DNA of 64,000 nucleotides from Phoronis australis (lineage: Eukaryota; Animalia; Phoronida). Position numbers and translations under genes: made by a program. The DNA lies in the NCBI GenBank assembly GCA_002633005.1, contig NMRA01000022.1, positions 679,715 through 743,714 on the forward strand, given 5' to 3'. Positions 27,901-41,300 of the stretch are shown here, piece by piece (the stretch's first letter is position 1; each line of letters begins with the position of its first letter). Under the pieces are notes generated by a model. That model did no database searches. It had not been told where the DNA came from and saw only the letters and a list, made by a program, of their open reading frames with translations.

Positions 27901-30185
27901 GCCGCACCCCAAAAATGGTTGGCTGGACCTAAAACGGGTTGGCCGATGCTCAAACACAATGGCCGCTCTGCTTTCAAAGCGAGTCGCTGACGATGTCCGA
28001 CTGTCGTGTTTGATCACCGGCCAACTCGTTCTGGCACCGGCCATCGATCGTGGTTTGGGTCCAGCCAACTAGTTTTTTTGGATGAGGCCATCACGTTTTG
28101 AAGTCCGGACAACATGTTTGATCACCGGCCAATTGGTCTTGTAGTCCAGTGTACTGGTTTTGAAGCCCGGGCAAGTGGCTTTGAAATCCGATCAATTGTT
28201 GACCCAATGGCGGATCTAGGATATCATCAGAGGGGGGGGACAACATTTTGTCTCGGGGGGAATCGCGCAAAGCACGATTGCGTGGGCGAACCCAGCCTAA
28301 AATATAAGGGTGCTCGAATTTCTGAGGGTGTGGACTAAAAAAAGAAAGTGCAATCGGACACTTTCAAGCGGGTATGAGCACCCCCTCACACACAAACTAA
28401 AACTGCACACGTTAAATATTGTTTCAGCGGCATCTAAATTACCGGGGTTAGTTAATAACTCAATATTTCCTCACGCACTTGGTGTTTTATTTTTTCCGTC
28501 AGCCAATGCAAGGGGGGGGAGGGGCCCCTCCTAAATCCGCCTATGTAACTCCCCTCGTATTTTTGCGTCCAAAGCGTACACGTATGTTTGCGCGTATTCC
28601 CGTGAACAATGTATTTAAATCTTTAAGAATTACCCAAAGCCAGATATATTGAATCAGGTCTCTATCTCCAGAGTTCCCTTTTAACTTTAACTATATAAGC
28701 CATGAAAGTGGTTCCAGGTGATCAGTGCTAGATGTCCACCTGAGCTGCCTGCGTACGTCTGGCACAACGTGAACTAGACCGCCTGCAGTTATTTGTTTTT
28801 CTTCTTAAGAATATACACGACTATTTTAGTGAGTTGAAGTACGCTACTCTGGGCTACCTAAATACAAATATAAAATTATAGTGAAACGAAAAGCATCTTG
28901 CTAGAATTAAAAACTTAAACAGGCGCGAGAAATTTGATATCAAGCGAAGAAATTGAACTTTTGCATCCTAAACCATGGGCGGCGCACCATAGGGGCTTGG
29001 GGGACTGTAGCCCCCACTTTTTCAGTGCTGCGACGCCCATGGTCTATGGGCGGTGCACCACAGTGGGGCTGGGAAGGTTATAGCCTCCACTTTTTTCAGG
29101 GCTGCGACGCCCACATTAACTGAGTGTACTTTCACCAAAGTCCGATATTTTGATCTCAAAGTGGCCGTAAATGTTACGCAATTTGTGACAAGAGACACCA
29201 ACGTTGTAACTTCCTTTTCGTGCTATAGATATGGCCTATTTCCGAACATGCCCCGTGACCAAACCAGCAGTCTTCACCATTCCGCACGTTTCTCCCTCTC
29301 CCCCAAAACTCAAGCGTTTGACCGACAATATTGTTTGGAATCCTTAAGTCTTAGCTAAAAGGCTTTTATTGTGACATTTTTAGTTACTTCACTGCACCTT
29401 GCGAGGTTCTAGTGCCTGGAAGAGCAATTGAAGACATTCCGATTGAACACTTAACATATGCACCTTTGCACGAGATATTTATATTGTATGCGATGCTGGT
29501 AATATCTTTGTGGTCGATCTCGACCACTAGGCTACATGGTGTCATCAACAGACTACAGCCGTCAACTGACTGATGTTGAAGAAGAATACGGTGATGAAAA
29601 AAAAGAATACGGTGATGAAGAAGAAGAATACGGTGATGAAGAAGAAAAATACGATGACGAAGAAGAAGAATACGATGAAAAGGAAGAGGCAGTAGAAGAA
29701 CCATTACACGATTTATTTTTTAAGTGTCTTGAGTAAAATTTTTGCACGCTCGTATTTGACCTCGTAGCTGCATTGCAATGTAAACGATCACTCAATGATA
29801 AGAAACGCTTGTACACTGTACCTGAGTTGTCCGGAAACAGTCCCTTGAAATCGTTTTGTAGAGGTCGTGCGTTGAAGTCGTCACCTTGCCTGTGTAGTGC
29901 ATCTCGCATGACGTCAAGTGTGTTCAGCACGATCACGCGATTGCTACCTAGCCATATTGTGAAAATTTCTCCGTGAATATCGGACAACTCTTTGAAAACG
30001 ACGTGCAGTTTTCCTCCAATGAGAGTTGGAAGATTTCCGATGAGCGGCCATGGTTTGGGCCCTGGTGGTAACTTTGTTCTGTCCTCAAGGGATTTATGGA
30101 ACAAAACAGCTGCCAAAACGAGAAGACTACAGCTCAGAATCCACTCCAACATTCCTGCCGCGCTAATGGCAGTATATCCTGTCAT
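19915..30185 (-). CDS. Cytochrome P450, CYP2 clan, copy B (5 exons, about 509 aa)
   Basis: Exons 30185-29822, 24266-23742, 21847-21623, 20732-20511 and 20108-19915. GT-AG, phase-1 introns, 1530 nt in frame, same motifs as copy A. Confidence 0.95.
21886..21950. repeat. (ATT)n/(ATC ATT)n microsatellite; similar tract at 23430-23545
   Basis: Direct reading. Confidence 0.9.
22845..23275. mobile_element. MITE with about 35-bp TIRs (Harbinger-like termini, tentative)
   Basis: ccagttgcatgaaacagtcccaaatagagactc ... gagtctctatttgggactgtttcatgcaaccgg. Only the left end survives in copy A (about 7967). Confidence 0.65.
24813..26546. mobile_element. Element with a 130-bp inverted repeat plus terminal hairpin (Crypton-like, tentative)
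   Basis: 24813-24942 is inverted at 26330-26460 and partly repeated again at 26465-26546 around a 4-nt loop. Confidence 0.65.
25409..26321 (-). mobile_element. Nested Kolobok-like element with a THAP-domain remnant
   Basis: TTAA flanks, short TIRs (acagtacacac / ttgtgtacact) and a subterminal IR gtcatgggttga. A minus frame at about 26073-25921 reads VPKDTKVAQKWHRFVRRTR...LCSAHFENSCF, the THAP core. Confidence 0.65.
27700..27766. other. Short G-rich tandem repeat and assembly gap (N at 27756-27761)
   Basis: Direct reading. Confidence 0.95.
28206..28544. mobile_element. MITE with GGCGGATCTAG..TAAATCCGCC TIRs
   Basis: TIRs are visible and related to the element at 56157-56298. Confidence 0.55.
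28974..29115. mobile_element. Second copy of the dimeric MITE (TSD TAAAC/TTAAC)
   Basis: Homologous to 7287-7429; the empty site is in the paralog at about 10975-10982. Confidence 0.85.
29576..29700. repeat. GAA-rich 21-bp minisatellite in CYP B intron 1 (degenerate paralog at 11455-11570)
   Basis: gaagaagaatacggtgatgaa units. Confidence 0.85.
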
Positions 30186-30284
30186 GATCAGCTAGTGAAA
30201 TGTGCCGCTCTCTGCTAAGCTTCCATTCACGTCACCTCGCAAAAACTCACTTAACGCAGGTAGTCTATTGTTTGCTGACAGGGA

Positions 30285-30291
30285 TTTTATA
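30285..30291 (-). promoter_or_regulatory. TATA box of CYP copy B
   Basis: TATAAAA on the minus strand, at the position paralogous to copy A. Confidence 0.6.
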
Positions 30292-33029
30292 GGGTGTTTG
30301 TTTACAACAGGGTGCATCAAAAGGTAATCCTGATGTCATCGTGTTTGAAGACTGATCAAATGAATGGAAAAAGTCATACCACGTGATAACTGTGCATACA
30401 TCCCCTTTTCATAGTTGTTAGAAGTATTATGGAAAATTTGCAAAATGTGTTTATAAATACGAATTATTGTACCACACACACAACTGTAATCCATTCAATA
30501 TCTACTATGACGTAGACCTATACTTATTGAATTCATGCTGATGAGTATGCGTTTCGCCAATTCCTAACAAGTAGCGTGCCTTATATTTGCTGTGCGTCGT
30601 CGAATAAACCCGGAATTTGAAGATTAAAGGTTTAGTTCTTGCAAGATACGTTAAACGTGATTGCGACAAGCCACGAAACCTATTTTTTATAGCCGTCCGG
30701 GAAAATGAAAGCAACATTTTGAAATGCATCTGTTCGTCGCTCATCACCGCTGTTGTTCTCGTCTTCCTTTTGAAATGAAAATCTATGTTGCTGAATTACT
30801 GTAACGTTTGGTTTTAGGTTACATTTGGGACACCCTGTGGTGTACATGCTTTTTTACCCCGCAGGGCAATGACTTGAAAGAACGTGACCAACTTATTGTT
30901 TGCACAAGATATCAAAAATTGGTAGGTGTTTAATGTTCTATAGCCTAGGACGGAATTATTCGTTTCCCTGCTACAATGTATTCGTTGGAAATGTTTTTAT
31001 GAAATAAAGGCTAAGAAAAAAAAACAATTATTGGCAATTCTGAGTAATTGCATCGTGGTTCTTCACGCTGCTGATCTGCCCATGTGGTTCCAGTATCCGA
31101 AAATACTTACTACATAAAATTTTATTTTCGACACCCTTTCTTTATATTCTTTTCGCCTTTCTTGTCAAAAGCGATTTTTGAACAGTATTTGACCCTTCTC
31201 TCTGAGCGTATGATTACCTGTTGTCATCGGTTATTTCGTACCCACATTTCCGGCTCATCAGTTCAGGAACTTGTCCTGAACGCCGCCATTTTTTCCTTGT
31301 AACTGAATGTGCTATCGCTTGCTCGAAAAGTCTTCATTATTTTGTTTTATTAGTAATATCTCGTGATTCGTTTGCATATGTACTGTATTTATTGTTTGTA
31401 GTTAGTGGTCGTTGATTTTTTTGGAATGTTACGCGTACTTAGTATGTTAAAATGGCATTGGTGTTTAGTTCCTTACGTAGGCCGGTCGAACCTAGGAACC
31501 AATATGAGTCGAACCAATTTTTTTCGGTTTTATTTTTTTTTCTCGTTTTGAAAAAGTACTTTGCTATCATCGGAAAAGTAGTGCATTCTACTCAGTAAAA
31601 ATCGAAAAAGTATCAAAATCGGGGCAAGCAGTGTAAAGTTATTGCAAGTTTTGTGGCGAAATTTGCGGGTCACTTTGTTTGGATCGCGTCGGCCATATTG
31701 GAGGACAGCGGGATAAGTTACGAGTTCAAAAATTTGTGTAAATTGTTTTTGCCAACAAATTACGGTGAAATTTAGTTAGACATATCTTTACTTACTATTC
31801 TGCACGATTTAACAGTGTTCACCAAATTTCAGCCTCGCAGTTGTTACTCATTAAGTGATAAATGTGCTCACAATTCCCGTTGAACTTCGTCTCATTTCTG
31901 GCGGCACCGACAACAAGGCGACTTTTGCTAAACTGAAAGGCATGTTCAATCGGCTACTTTGTAATTTGTGAAGATTTAACGTTGATACATTTTGACAAAC
32001 GTTGCTACAAAAAAGAAAATTTGTTCAATTTTCGTTTTTTTGTGCAAAAATATAAGATGTACTAACCAGCCCGTAATTTCATGTCTGAAACCACCCTTGA
32101 ATATATGCAGCATTTATGATTTGACCATTTTACTTCGACAAAACAGCTTGCAACCGCATGCGTTTACCGTTCGCCAGTGTCTGGTCTCGATCGGCACCGG
32201 GTCCGATAGGCTGTGGTCCCGAGTCTGGTAAAATAATTTCTGTCAAAATTTATTCGCCACATTTCTTCAGCAAATTCGATAAACTTGTCCGTATTTTGAT
32301 TTTATTAAAATTAAGGCGCGCTGTCGATTATTTTATCCCCGTTTGCAGGCTGGTAACAGGTACTCACACTGACGGCGTTTTCTTAGCCTGGGTTCCTGAA
32401 TGAATTGTACTTCCGGGTTCGCGGCAAGTTCAAAATGGCGGTGGTTCTTCGGGTGCGAATCGTGAGTGGCGCGTTCATTTAAACTTTTTTCCAGTACGGA
32501 TCGTGTATTAGTTATGGGGTAGGTACCTCTTGGATCCTTATAAAATCCTCTAACCATGTAATAAGGATTAACAACGCGTGAGAGGAGGACTTTAAGCCGG
32601 GGGGAAGGCAAGGGGGCCATGTCCCCTCCTAAAATTCTCCCGAATTCCACTTGGCAGTACTGGGGTGCTAATGTTTGACGTCAAAAATCCAGACTAATAC
32701 TTTGCCCGTCCCCCCACCTATCTCAAAATCCTGGACGCTGCTGATCGCAGCGTTTCGGAAATAATGACACGCCGAATTGGGAACGGGATGTCTGATTAAT
32801 GGTGCCATTTACTAAATTTTAAATATCGTCGACCTTAGATCAAATCCCCGTAATTAATTCACTTTTGGCATGAAGGTGTGTCCTAAGTTTAGTGAGCACA
32901 ATGAGTTGCTTTCATGACAATTTTGAGAAAGAGCACAGTATTAGCATGACGAATAGAAACATTAGTAAAAAATTCATTTTGTGCTCGAAAACGCTGAGAG
33001 TTTTCGTGCAGCAGCAAAACAAAGGACAC

Positions 33030-33225
33030 GTGGCGGAACACGTATCTTTTTTGTTGCTTCGATAACAACCAGGAACACAGCAAGTGAAACCACCCTTGCC
33101 AGGCATATATGTTCCCTGTTCGCGTCGATCGTTTTCATGTGTTTATTCGCTCCTAAGTTACTCAATTTCCCAAGATGCAACACGCGGCGCTAAATTCCAA
33201 ATGGCGGATTTGCACATCGGCTATT
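33030..33225 (-). mobile_element. 5' end of a THAP-transposase element (fragment)
   Basis: MPGKGGFTCCVPGCYRSNKKD matches the THAP N-terminal CxVxxC motif. It lies in a block (about 31066-33587) that is absent from duplicate unit 1. Confidence 0.5.
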
Positions 33226-35216
33226 TCAATTGAACTGTTTGCCTAAGGATGGTAAGGAAAGCTTAAATCTTGTTAACGATGACCGTCTGGCTCAGGTCAC
33301 AAATGTTGATGAGATGTCCGACCATCTTCACCAAAGAAATACAAAAAGCACCTTTGTTTAGATTTTTTCGATGCAATAATTAGAAAAAAATCATTACACA
33401 ACATCACTTGAAAGGTACTGTCCAAGACCTGATAAATGACTTATGGGGTTTGTGGCCAAGTGTGTTCTTATGCAATTTTCCGAAGCTTTCCTCGTTAACG
33501 CCATGCCCATACTCAATATATACATGCAAATAAATGAAACTTTATTCAATCGAGCCTCAGAATCCTTATTAGAGTCAGATATTACAAACGTCTATGCTGA
33601 ACCTGTCCGATGTCTGAGCACCTACTCCGACGATGACTATTTTCCACTACCTTGTTATTTCATATCGCGTTATGTCATTGCCTTACCACGTGTCAAACGG
33701 TGATGCTGATATTAAGTTTCTGTCTAAGCACAATAAAAATGAAAGCCCGCACAGAAGGTCAAATTTTGCGTTATTCGGAGGATTTCATCTATGGTGCTGT
33801 TGTTTTCCAAATGCATTGTGGGACGGTTATCGGCTGGTTAAACATCCGGTGACATCACAGATAACCTGTGGACGTGAAAACTGATAATTTACGTTTCAGG
33901 TCGCGAGATTTGACTTCAGCGTAATCGGACGACGCGTCTCGAGAACGTTCCTTGCAAAAAAACTTGCAGATCAATGTAATTATTCGATGCATTTTGAGAC
34001 TTCGTTTCTATCTCTAATTATACTACGAGGGTTGTTTTGTCGTACTCGCACCAAAAGCATGTTCAGTGCACCCGTACTAGAGCACGCAAGTGAAAAGCAT
34101 TGTTCTTCCCATTTCCCGTCCGTACTTCGCATGTTTGAGTCAGTCCTCCCCATTGACAGTCCGAGCCAATACTTAGGGTTGGTTTTCCGACTACGGCAGT
34201 GCGAGCTTCGTTGTCAACATTTTAGCTAAGCTCATCAAAGGTTGCTCTAGTCAATAACCCAACTCTTAAGAGCTGAATATTGGCTGAGGTTGCTCAGGCT
34301 TTTATGTTTAGTTGCAATGTTGCAATATTACAAGAAACCGTGGGCCAGCTAATTGCTTGATATACACTAGATGCATCGCGTAATGGAATTTGAAGAGTGG
34401 AAGTTCTACAGACTATTGCTGTGTTTTAACATAATGTTGGAGGTGTGCATAAATTTATTTCTAAATCCATCCTAGTATAAACCATGAAAGTTCACACACA
34501 AAAATCATTCTGTATAAATATATAATACAGATCAGGAAAAAACAACTGATTTCACACATGCAATGCAGCGTGTTTCTTAAAGAAACAATTTAGTGATTAT
34601 TTTCCTAGATTTTTCTTAAAATATCTCGTCCCTACTGAGTCAACAGTAATTTTCTATCCGTCTATCTAGTGGACTTGCAGAAAGAAATGAAACAAATACG
34701 AATGACAACACATACAATGACGTCGCTGCAAACGATCGTAATGTTACGGAAGAAACCGATTAGTATTTCGTGTGTGTCGTCATTTGCACGAGTCGTCATT
34801 ACATTTGCTTTGCTGGTGATGTAGTTTATTTCTACTTCTTCCACTGCCTGCTTGCGACGGATACGAAAACAGAACGGCCCTGAGGCATGCAGCCGGACTG
34901 GGCACTGTCCGGCGAATGTATGCAACCTGGCTTCGGCCACGATCACGTGAGGCCTTCTGCTACGGACTGGAATGGTTGTAACACTTTGACTCAATAGACT
35001 CAAGATTTGACCAAAGTCGACGAATTCGTCTTTAAAAGTGAAATCTTCTTTTGTAGCATATCTAACAAAACAAACGACTTTCCTGCCAGCGAATCGGAAT
35101 AAAGAGAAATATCGTCAAAACCATTCCTTTAAACTTCAACAGACTCCAGACTTGAAGTGAAATAGGAATTAGTCTCAAACACTAGACGCATGTAGAGATA
35201 GTAAGAGTCTTTGGCA

Positions 35217-35315
35217 TTACATCTGGTCTTCGTCACCGCGTTTGATAATTCGCACGAACTTCTCGTAGTTGAACTTTCCCGCGGAGATGGGAGCTTCTTT
35301 CCATGTCTGTTTAAT
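35217..35315 (-). CDS. MRLC terminal exon 7b
   Basis: cag|[32 protein letters not shown]; candidate AATAAA at 34459-34454. Confidence 0.92.
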   Translation of the reverse strand: MKQTWKEAPISAGKFNYEKFVRIIKRGDEDQM

Positions 35316-38300
35316 CTGAAAAAATAAAATGCATTTTAATTGAATGAAATTCGAAATGCTACACATGACTGACACCACGTAGAAAGCATGTAGAAGGACA
35401 ATCTCCATTTAATTAGGTCACGCAATCCGGCCTTTTAAGTACAATTTATCAAAAAGAAAGGTGCATTGGTAGAAAAATAACGCTTTCAATAACATGATAC
35501 TCGATTTAAATCTTCAAGGTGAGATCCCAAAACGCTGCAACGGTGTTCTAAAATATCATTTCGCTTTGATTTTGTGCAACCATAGACGGTACTGCAACGT
35601 GAGATTTTTTTTATGAAAATCACATATTGGCTCCTCACAACCTGAACTTTCGACATTGTATGACTTTTCCCGCGAACAATCAGCAGTTTTCTTTAGCTAA
35701 GCTTTAAAACGCTTTCGAAAACTTTACCTCTTCTTTTGTAAAGTTGTCTCCCATGTTGGTTAGCAGATCTTCTACACTGAAAGACGAAATAAAATTAAAT
35801 CCAGTAAAAGAAAGTCGCTTTACACGGGAAACAGCTGTCACGGAGCAACTAACACGGAACAGCTGATCGGGCGCACGTCTGACACGGAGCAAGTTGACAC
35901 CGCAGCGGCCATTTTTGACACCAGTTTGAGAGGTAGAGCGAGTTGCTCCAGTGTCAACTACAGGTCTAAACACAACTGGGACAGGACGGAAAGGGATCGT
36001 CTGTCAATGAGCTTGAGCAATAGCGTATATACGGGTGATCTGCATGGTTTGAACGTTCGCCATTGTTTATGGGAGCATGCGCAGACAGTCTTTGTGTAAA
36101 TGACTCATGCCGATCCAGTTTCACATCTAAAGTTGTGTAAATGCGACTTAAGCAGAGCAAGTCACACCGTGACAATTGTTCCCCGCATAAATAAAGGTAT
36201 CAAAAGTTCCGTCCACACACAAACTTACTCTTGAACAACTTGGACTAGTGCAACTTGCGCCACTTGAAGTGAAACGTTCACATCTGGGAGTTTGATATTG
36301 GTTCACACACACAAAATAACTCGCACAAGGCGGAAGTTGTCGCTCTATACCAGACAATGAACAGCTGAAGCGAATACGGCGCGCAAAAGAAAACTAGTTT
36401 TTATGTAACCGCAGCAAATAAGTTCTCACAAGTGAGGCAAATCGCACTAGTTTTAATGGCATCCAGACATCCCTCAAACCTAGAGACAACTCGTTCCAGG
36501 AGTAACATGTTCTATGGTAAATCTCTTTGTGGATGGCACTAAATACATTGTCTGCTGGAGTATCGTTACATCACATTATGTGATTACACCACATTATTCC
36601 CACACAAAAAACGAAGTTACAAATCTATAAGGAATCTACCCCATAAGAAAACTCAATATGCTTTCCACTTTCGCTGGCACCTTAAATGTTTCAAAAGTAT
36701 TTAACTACCTTATGATTATGACTAACCCAAAACTCGTTCTAAAATTTCTTTTGCCCCAAACCAACATCTAAGCAGAACTCAAGTGAAATACTATTTGACC
36801 GAATACGAACATCACTACTGAACTCACCATCACAAACATTAAAGAACAAATGACTGACTGACTAAATAACTATCAATGTTACAAGCCAAAACCAATGGGT
36901 TAATGACGTAATTAATAAACAACAATCTACTTACTACTCCTCATCCAGGAATCCGCTGCCAGCTGGATCAAACATCTGGAAAGCGTTCATCAAGGTGCTC
37001 TCAGGGTCGGTGCCTGAAAGAAGGTAGACGTACTGCATAAATTAAACCCGAAAACTATAACGATTTCGATAGAGCGCAGCACGAGGTAAATTACCAGCCA
37101 AAACCTGAAGGTAAAATGAGTTTAAATTTCAATGTTGTAGTTTGTTAACACATTTGTCGCCATTGGAAATTTGGCGGTACACAAGAGGAAAAATTACCAA
37201 AACCTGTCTTTCAGTTTGATAGCTTTATATCAGGTTGAATAACTTGGTCTTTAAAAATGCTTGTAAATAGTTTACACTAGGAAAGTTTGCAACACGGGTT
37301 CGTGGGTAGGAAACACAAGGGAAGTATTCAATTTTGTCAAAACAGAGTTGCGTTCCGTAGACTTGAGACATTAGCAACGCACTTGCGGCGATAATTTGAA
37401 TCTTTGCTAATGGAAAAGAAACAGCGAAATTTATGAATTCTGTCCAATCATGCAACATTCCAAACTCGCCGACAAATCACTTCAGATGTCGCCATTTTGT
37501 AAACTTACGCTAAGTTCTCGCATACTGGCGAAACAGCCGTGATTTTTGTGTTCTTTTTGTGTGACTCTTACGTGATATAGCTTGGACTAAGGAACGCTAC
37601 TAACTTTGGATACATTTAAATCAGGAATTCATCGAACATTGGGACTCAGAATGCGTTGACTTACAAGGCAAGATTAAAATGGGCAGTAATTCACACAATA
37701 TCTTTAACACAAATTGCGAATTATTTACACACATTTGACCATGCATATTGAGAAGACAAACAATAAAGCGTTGTTTGTCGCTTTGCAGTACTAAACTACA
37801 AACATAAAGACGCAGACCTAACATGCAGGGAGTTTCAGCGAGGAGAGAGGCGGAAGCCCACGTTGGAAGACACACTGACAAAGTAATGAACGCTCTACTT
37901 ACCGCTATCCATGTAATACCAGCAAGTCAACATCAGGCATATAAACAAGAAATTATATTGCTGCTTTACGGTCGCACTAGGTTAGTTGTAAGGTGCTTTC
38001 CTTTTCATCAGTACATGCGTTACATTTCGTACAAAGAAACGTTAACAATTCAGTCACAACATGTTCCGCAGAAAATTTATTCTGAAATACAGACTTTTTT
38101 AAACAATCCACAACTTACAAAGTACTCCTGCCGGTGCACAGCGATGCAACCACTGTATTACGCCAATCACCATTCTACATTTTAGGACTTGCAATAACGC
38201 ACCCCATATACAGATTTGTATAGTAAAAAATGCTAAAAGGTCATTCTAAACGATAAGTCTCAACCCTACAGGGCCAACAGTCATTCAACAGAAGAACTGG

Positions 38301-41300
38301 CAACTGATCACCAAATGGACTGCCTGCTGCTGTTTCTCAGATTGTTGCCGATTTCTCTTCTGCAGAATGTTTTGGGAGCGATGTCAATCGAACGCCGGGC
38401 AATGTAAGAACTGGGCTTTTCCCTTAACAATGCTTACGTAAGTTCCCTTGTCAAGCAACTGTGTCAGTATGGAATGATTGGTCAACTTTGGCCCAGTAAG
38501 CTTGAGATGACATTGAAACTACTTATGTGGTACAACACGATGGAAAGCACAAAACTCCTCAACCATTACGCAAGGAAAATCAGTAGAGATTCTAATTTGG
38601 TTCTATTCGCAAACTAACATAAACAAAGCTGACAATCACATTGATCTGATGAGATTTAGAATTAAGAGTAACAAAAGTTAATTGGTGACATTGTAACTAC
38701 ACTCTCTCTTGATAAAGAAGTTCTTCCATGACGAAGAGAGTGATGTGTGTCTATTGTATCCATGTTAAATTTACAAGATAACCGAAAGCAGACAACACTG
38801 CCGACGGTGACTGTCTCTGGTCAAATATCACGTGATTTATTGTTCGTCCTGTTGTCCTTTCAAAAGTTTCACCATGGCCACGTAGTCGAACTTGCCTGCG
38901 GAAATTGGGGCTTCCTTCCAAGTCTGACGCATCTGAAAACGTACCAGAAATGTTGCTCGTTTCCAGCACAGTTTTACGTGTTTCATCAAGTACATATAAC
39001 CAGACGGTAGTGCTTACAGGTAGTAAATGCCACATAGTTGTCTCCAATACGAAATGGCAAATCAAATTGAGAGACGTGGTCTCGAAGAAAGGAAGTGAGC
39101 TTACCTCTTCTTTGGTGAAGATATCTCCAACGTTTTCCAGTAGATCTCTTACACTGGAATACAAAAAAAGGTTGTTGAAACTAACTTCCAACCATTGTAC
39201 TGTATGCACAAGTTTTAACCGAAGTTGTCTGCAGGCAACGAGTTAGCATTGCGTTGAAATTAAAATTAGCTGCTTTGACACTGTTACTTGTTGTAGTTGT
39301 TGTTGAGCAATGAGATACTTGGGGGGGGGGGGGGGGGTTAGTTTCTAGCCGGGAAAGGGGTGGTTTGGGAGACGTCCTCCAGATCCGGAGATGTAGTCCA
39401 TTTCTCCCATAATTTAAGAGGGGGGCGGTGAGTCCTCAGACATTCACATATAACGTGCTCTGCTGTTTCGTCACCCAGACTGCATTTTCTGCACACCGTT
39501 GACATTGTTGTAGCAGGTAAGTTATAACATTTAAATCGCTTGTTTTCAGAATGTAATCCTGTTTTCTCATTTAGCATATTGCTTAAAGACTGGCTGAGGG
39601 TAACTTAACATAGGAATTCAGAATTATGCAATGAACTTTAATTTTTACTCTTGAACGAGTCATTAGTCCGAAAACGGTAGTTAAATTTACACAATGGGAA
39701 AACACTTTATATACCATGGGAATACAAATAAACGTTTGCGTTAATGGTTTTTTTGATTGTGTTATCATTAAGTTATCTTGAAACAATTAACAAGAGCAAC
39801 GCCGAGCGTTGAAATGCGCCCACGAATGCATTGCAAATGGTGTGCTTTTAAGGTTATTTATTTGTATAATAAAAATGGCCACTAGATGGCGCAAAAACAT
39901 ACCATCCATCCATCCAAAAACAGGAACATGCCATATTTCATAAAAATCTGTCAAGGAACTTCAGAGAAACAAAGGAAAACAGAATAAAATGAAATTGCCA
40001 CTAGTGGGCACAGTGTCGTTGTATCTGCCTAAAAGTGGTCGTTGTCTGTTGTTATCTTCATATAAATACACTTACAAAATTTAGTAAAAGATCTTGCAGT
40101 GGGTTTAAGAGATACAACTATGGGCGCAATACAAAACTGCCACTAGGACGCGCCACAGTAATCAGTCAACGTCATCAAACGTCGTCTTCACACGAAGAAC
40201 ATATATGCCAATTTTCAAATGATTTGTTCGATACAGTGGTGGACATCAAAAACAAGATTTGAAAACAGCAAAAATGGCCACTAGGTGGAGCAAAATACCT
40301 CGATTCCATCCAAAAACAGGAAGATAGCCTATATTCAAAATTTTATGAAAATCTATTGAGGACTTTTTAAGATACTAAGTTAAACGTAAAAAACTAAAAT
40401 TGCCGCTAAGGGACGCAGCAGTAATCAGATTTGTCCGAAAGTCGTCATCCGTAGTCAACATCATATAAATACACTTGCTAAATTAAGAAAAGATCCTGCG
40501 AACGGTTTAGGAGATACAGCCATAGGCGCAACAAAAACAAAACTGCCACTAGGAGGCGCCTCAGTAGTCAAAATCGTCGGAAAATCATCGTCAACCGTCC
40601 TCTTTATAGTAAGCACATACATGCTAATTTTCACAATCATCCTTTGAGCGGCTTGGTTGATAGAGGGGTGGACGCAAAAAACAGACTCGAAAACAATAAA
40701 AATGGCCACTAGGTGGCGCAAACTACGACGAATCCATCTGAAAACGGGAGGATAGCGTCACCTCACTAATAGGTGCCTACATATTATATTTCATGAAAAT
40801 CCGTTAAGGACTTTTGAAGATACAAAGGTAAACGTAAAAAAAATAAAATTGCCACTAGGGGGCACACCGGTAGTCGGATCCGACCGAAAGTTCGCTCATG
40901 CCGTCCCATTCATGAATGGAACATATGTGCCAAATTTCATGAACGTATGTCAAAGGGTTTTGGAGGTAGAGCAGCGGACGCCGGACGGACGGAGATGACG
41001 GCATAATGCGTCCACATATAAATATGTGGGAGCATAAAAAGCAATCAAATATCTACACCAATTGTTGATCGTCTGTTTTATTGCTAGTTGGATAGTACAA
41101 AACGTAAGGAAGCAAACATAAAAAGAGCGAATATTCATATTTTTTTATACTCACTATTCCTCAGGGAGGAATCCGGTGTTCAGATCATCGAACATTTGGA
41201 AAGCATTTTTGATTGTGGCTTCAGGATCAGTACCTGGGGGGAATACGACCAAATAACAAAGTTGAATTCCAGAATTCCACAATCAATGACTTGCGTTCAT

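Larger units (their letters stand above)
925..36974. repeat. Tandem segmental duplication: unit 1 = 925-16924 (16 kb), unit 2 = 16925-36974 (20 kb)
   Basis: Colinear homology across exons, introns and intergenic DNA (e.g. 1050-2100 vs 17095-18155; 14500-15890 vs 34340-35730). At 16925 the sequence switches from matching 36970 to matching 925. Confidence 0.93.

Noticed and set aside
29384-29736. Acidic EEEYGD repeat ORF and the Ser-rich tail of the 207-aa ORF
   Set aside because: Intronic minisatellite downstream of the exon 1 donor; the frame is not conserved in the paralog.
925-36974. Duplication as a haplotype mis-assembly
   Set aside because: A clean mid-exon junction with microhomology, no gap at the junction, decay of MRLC exon 6b in one copy and many independent insertions favour a real duplication. 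Read depth is still needed for certainty.
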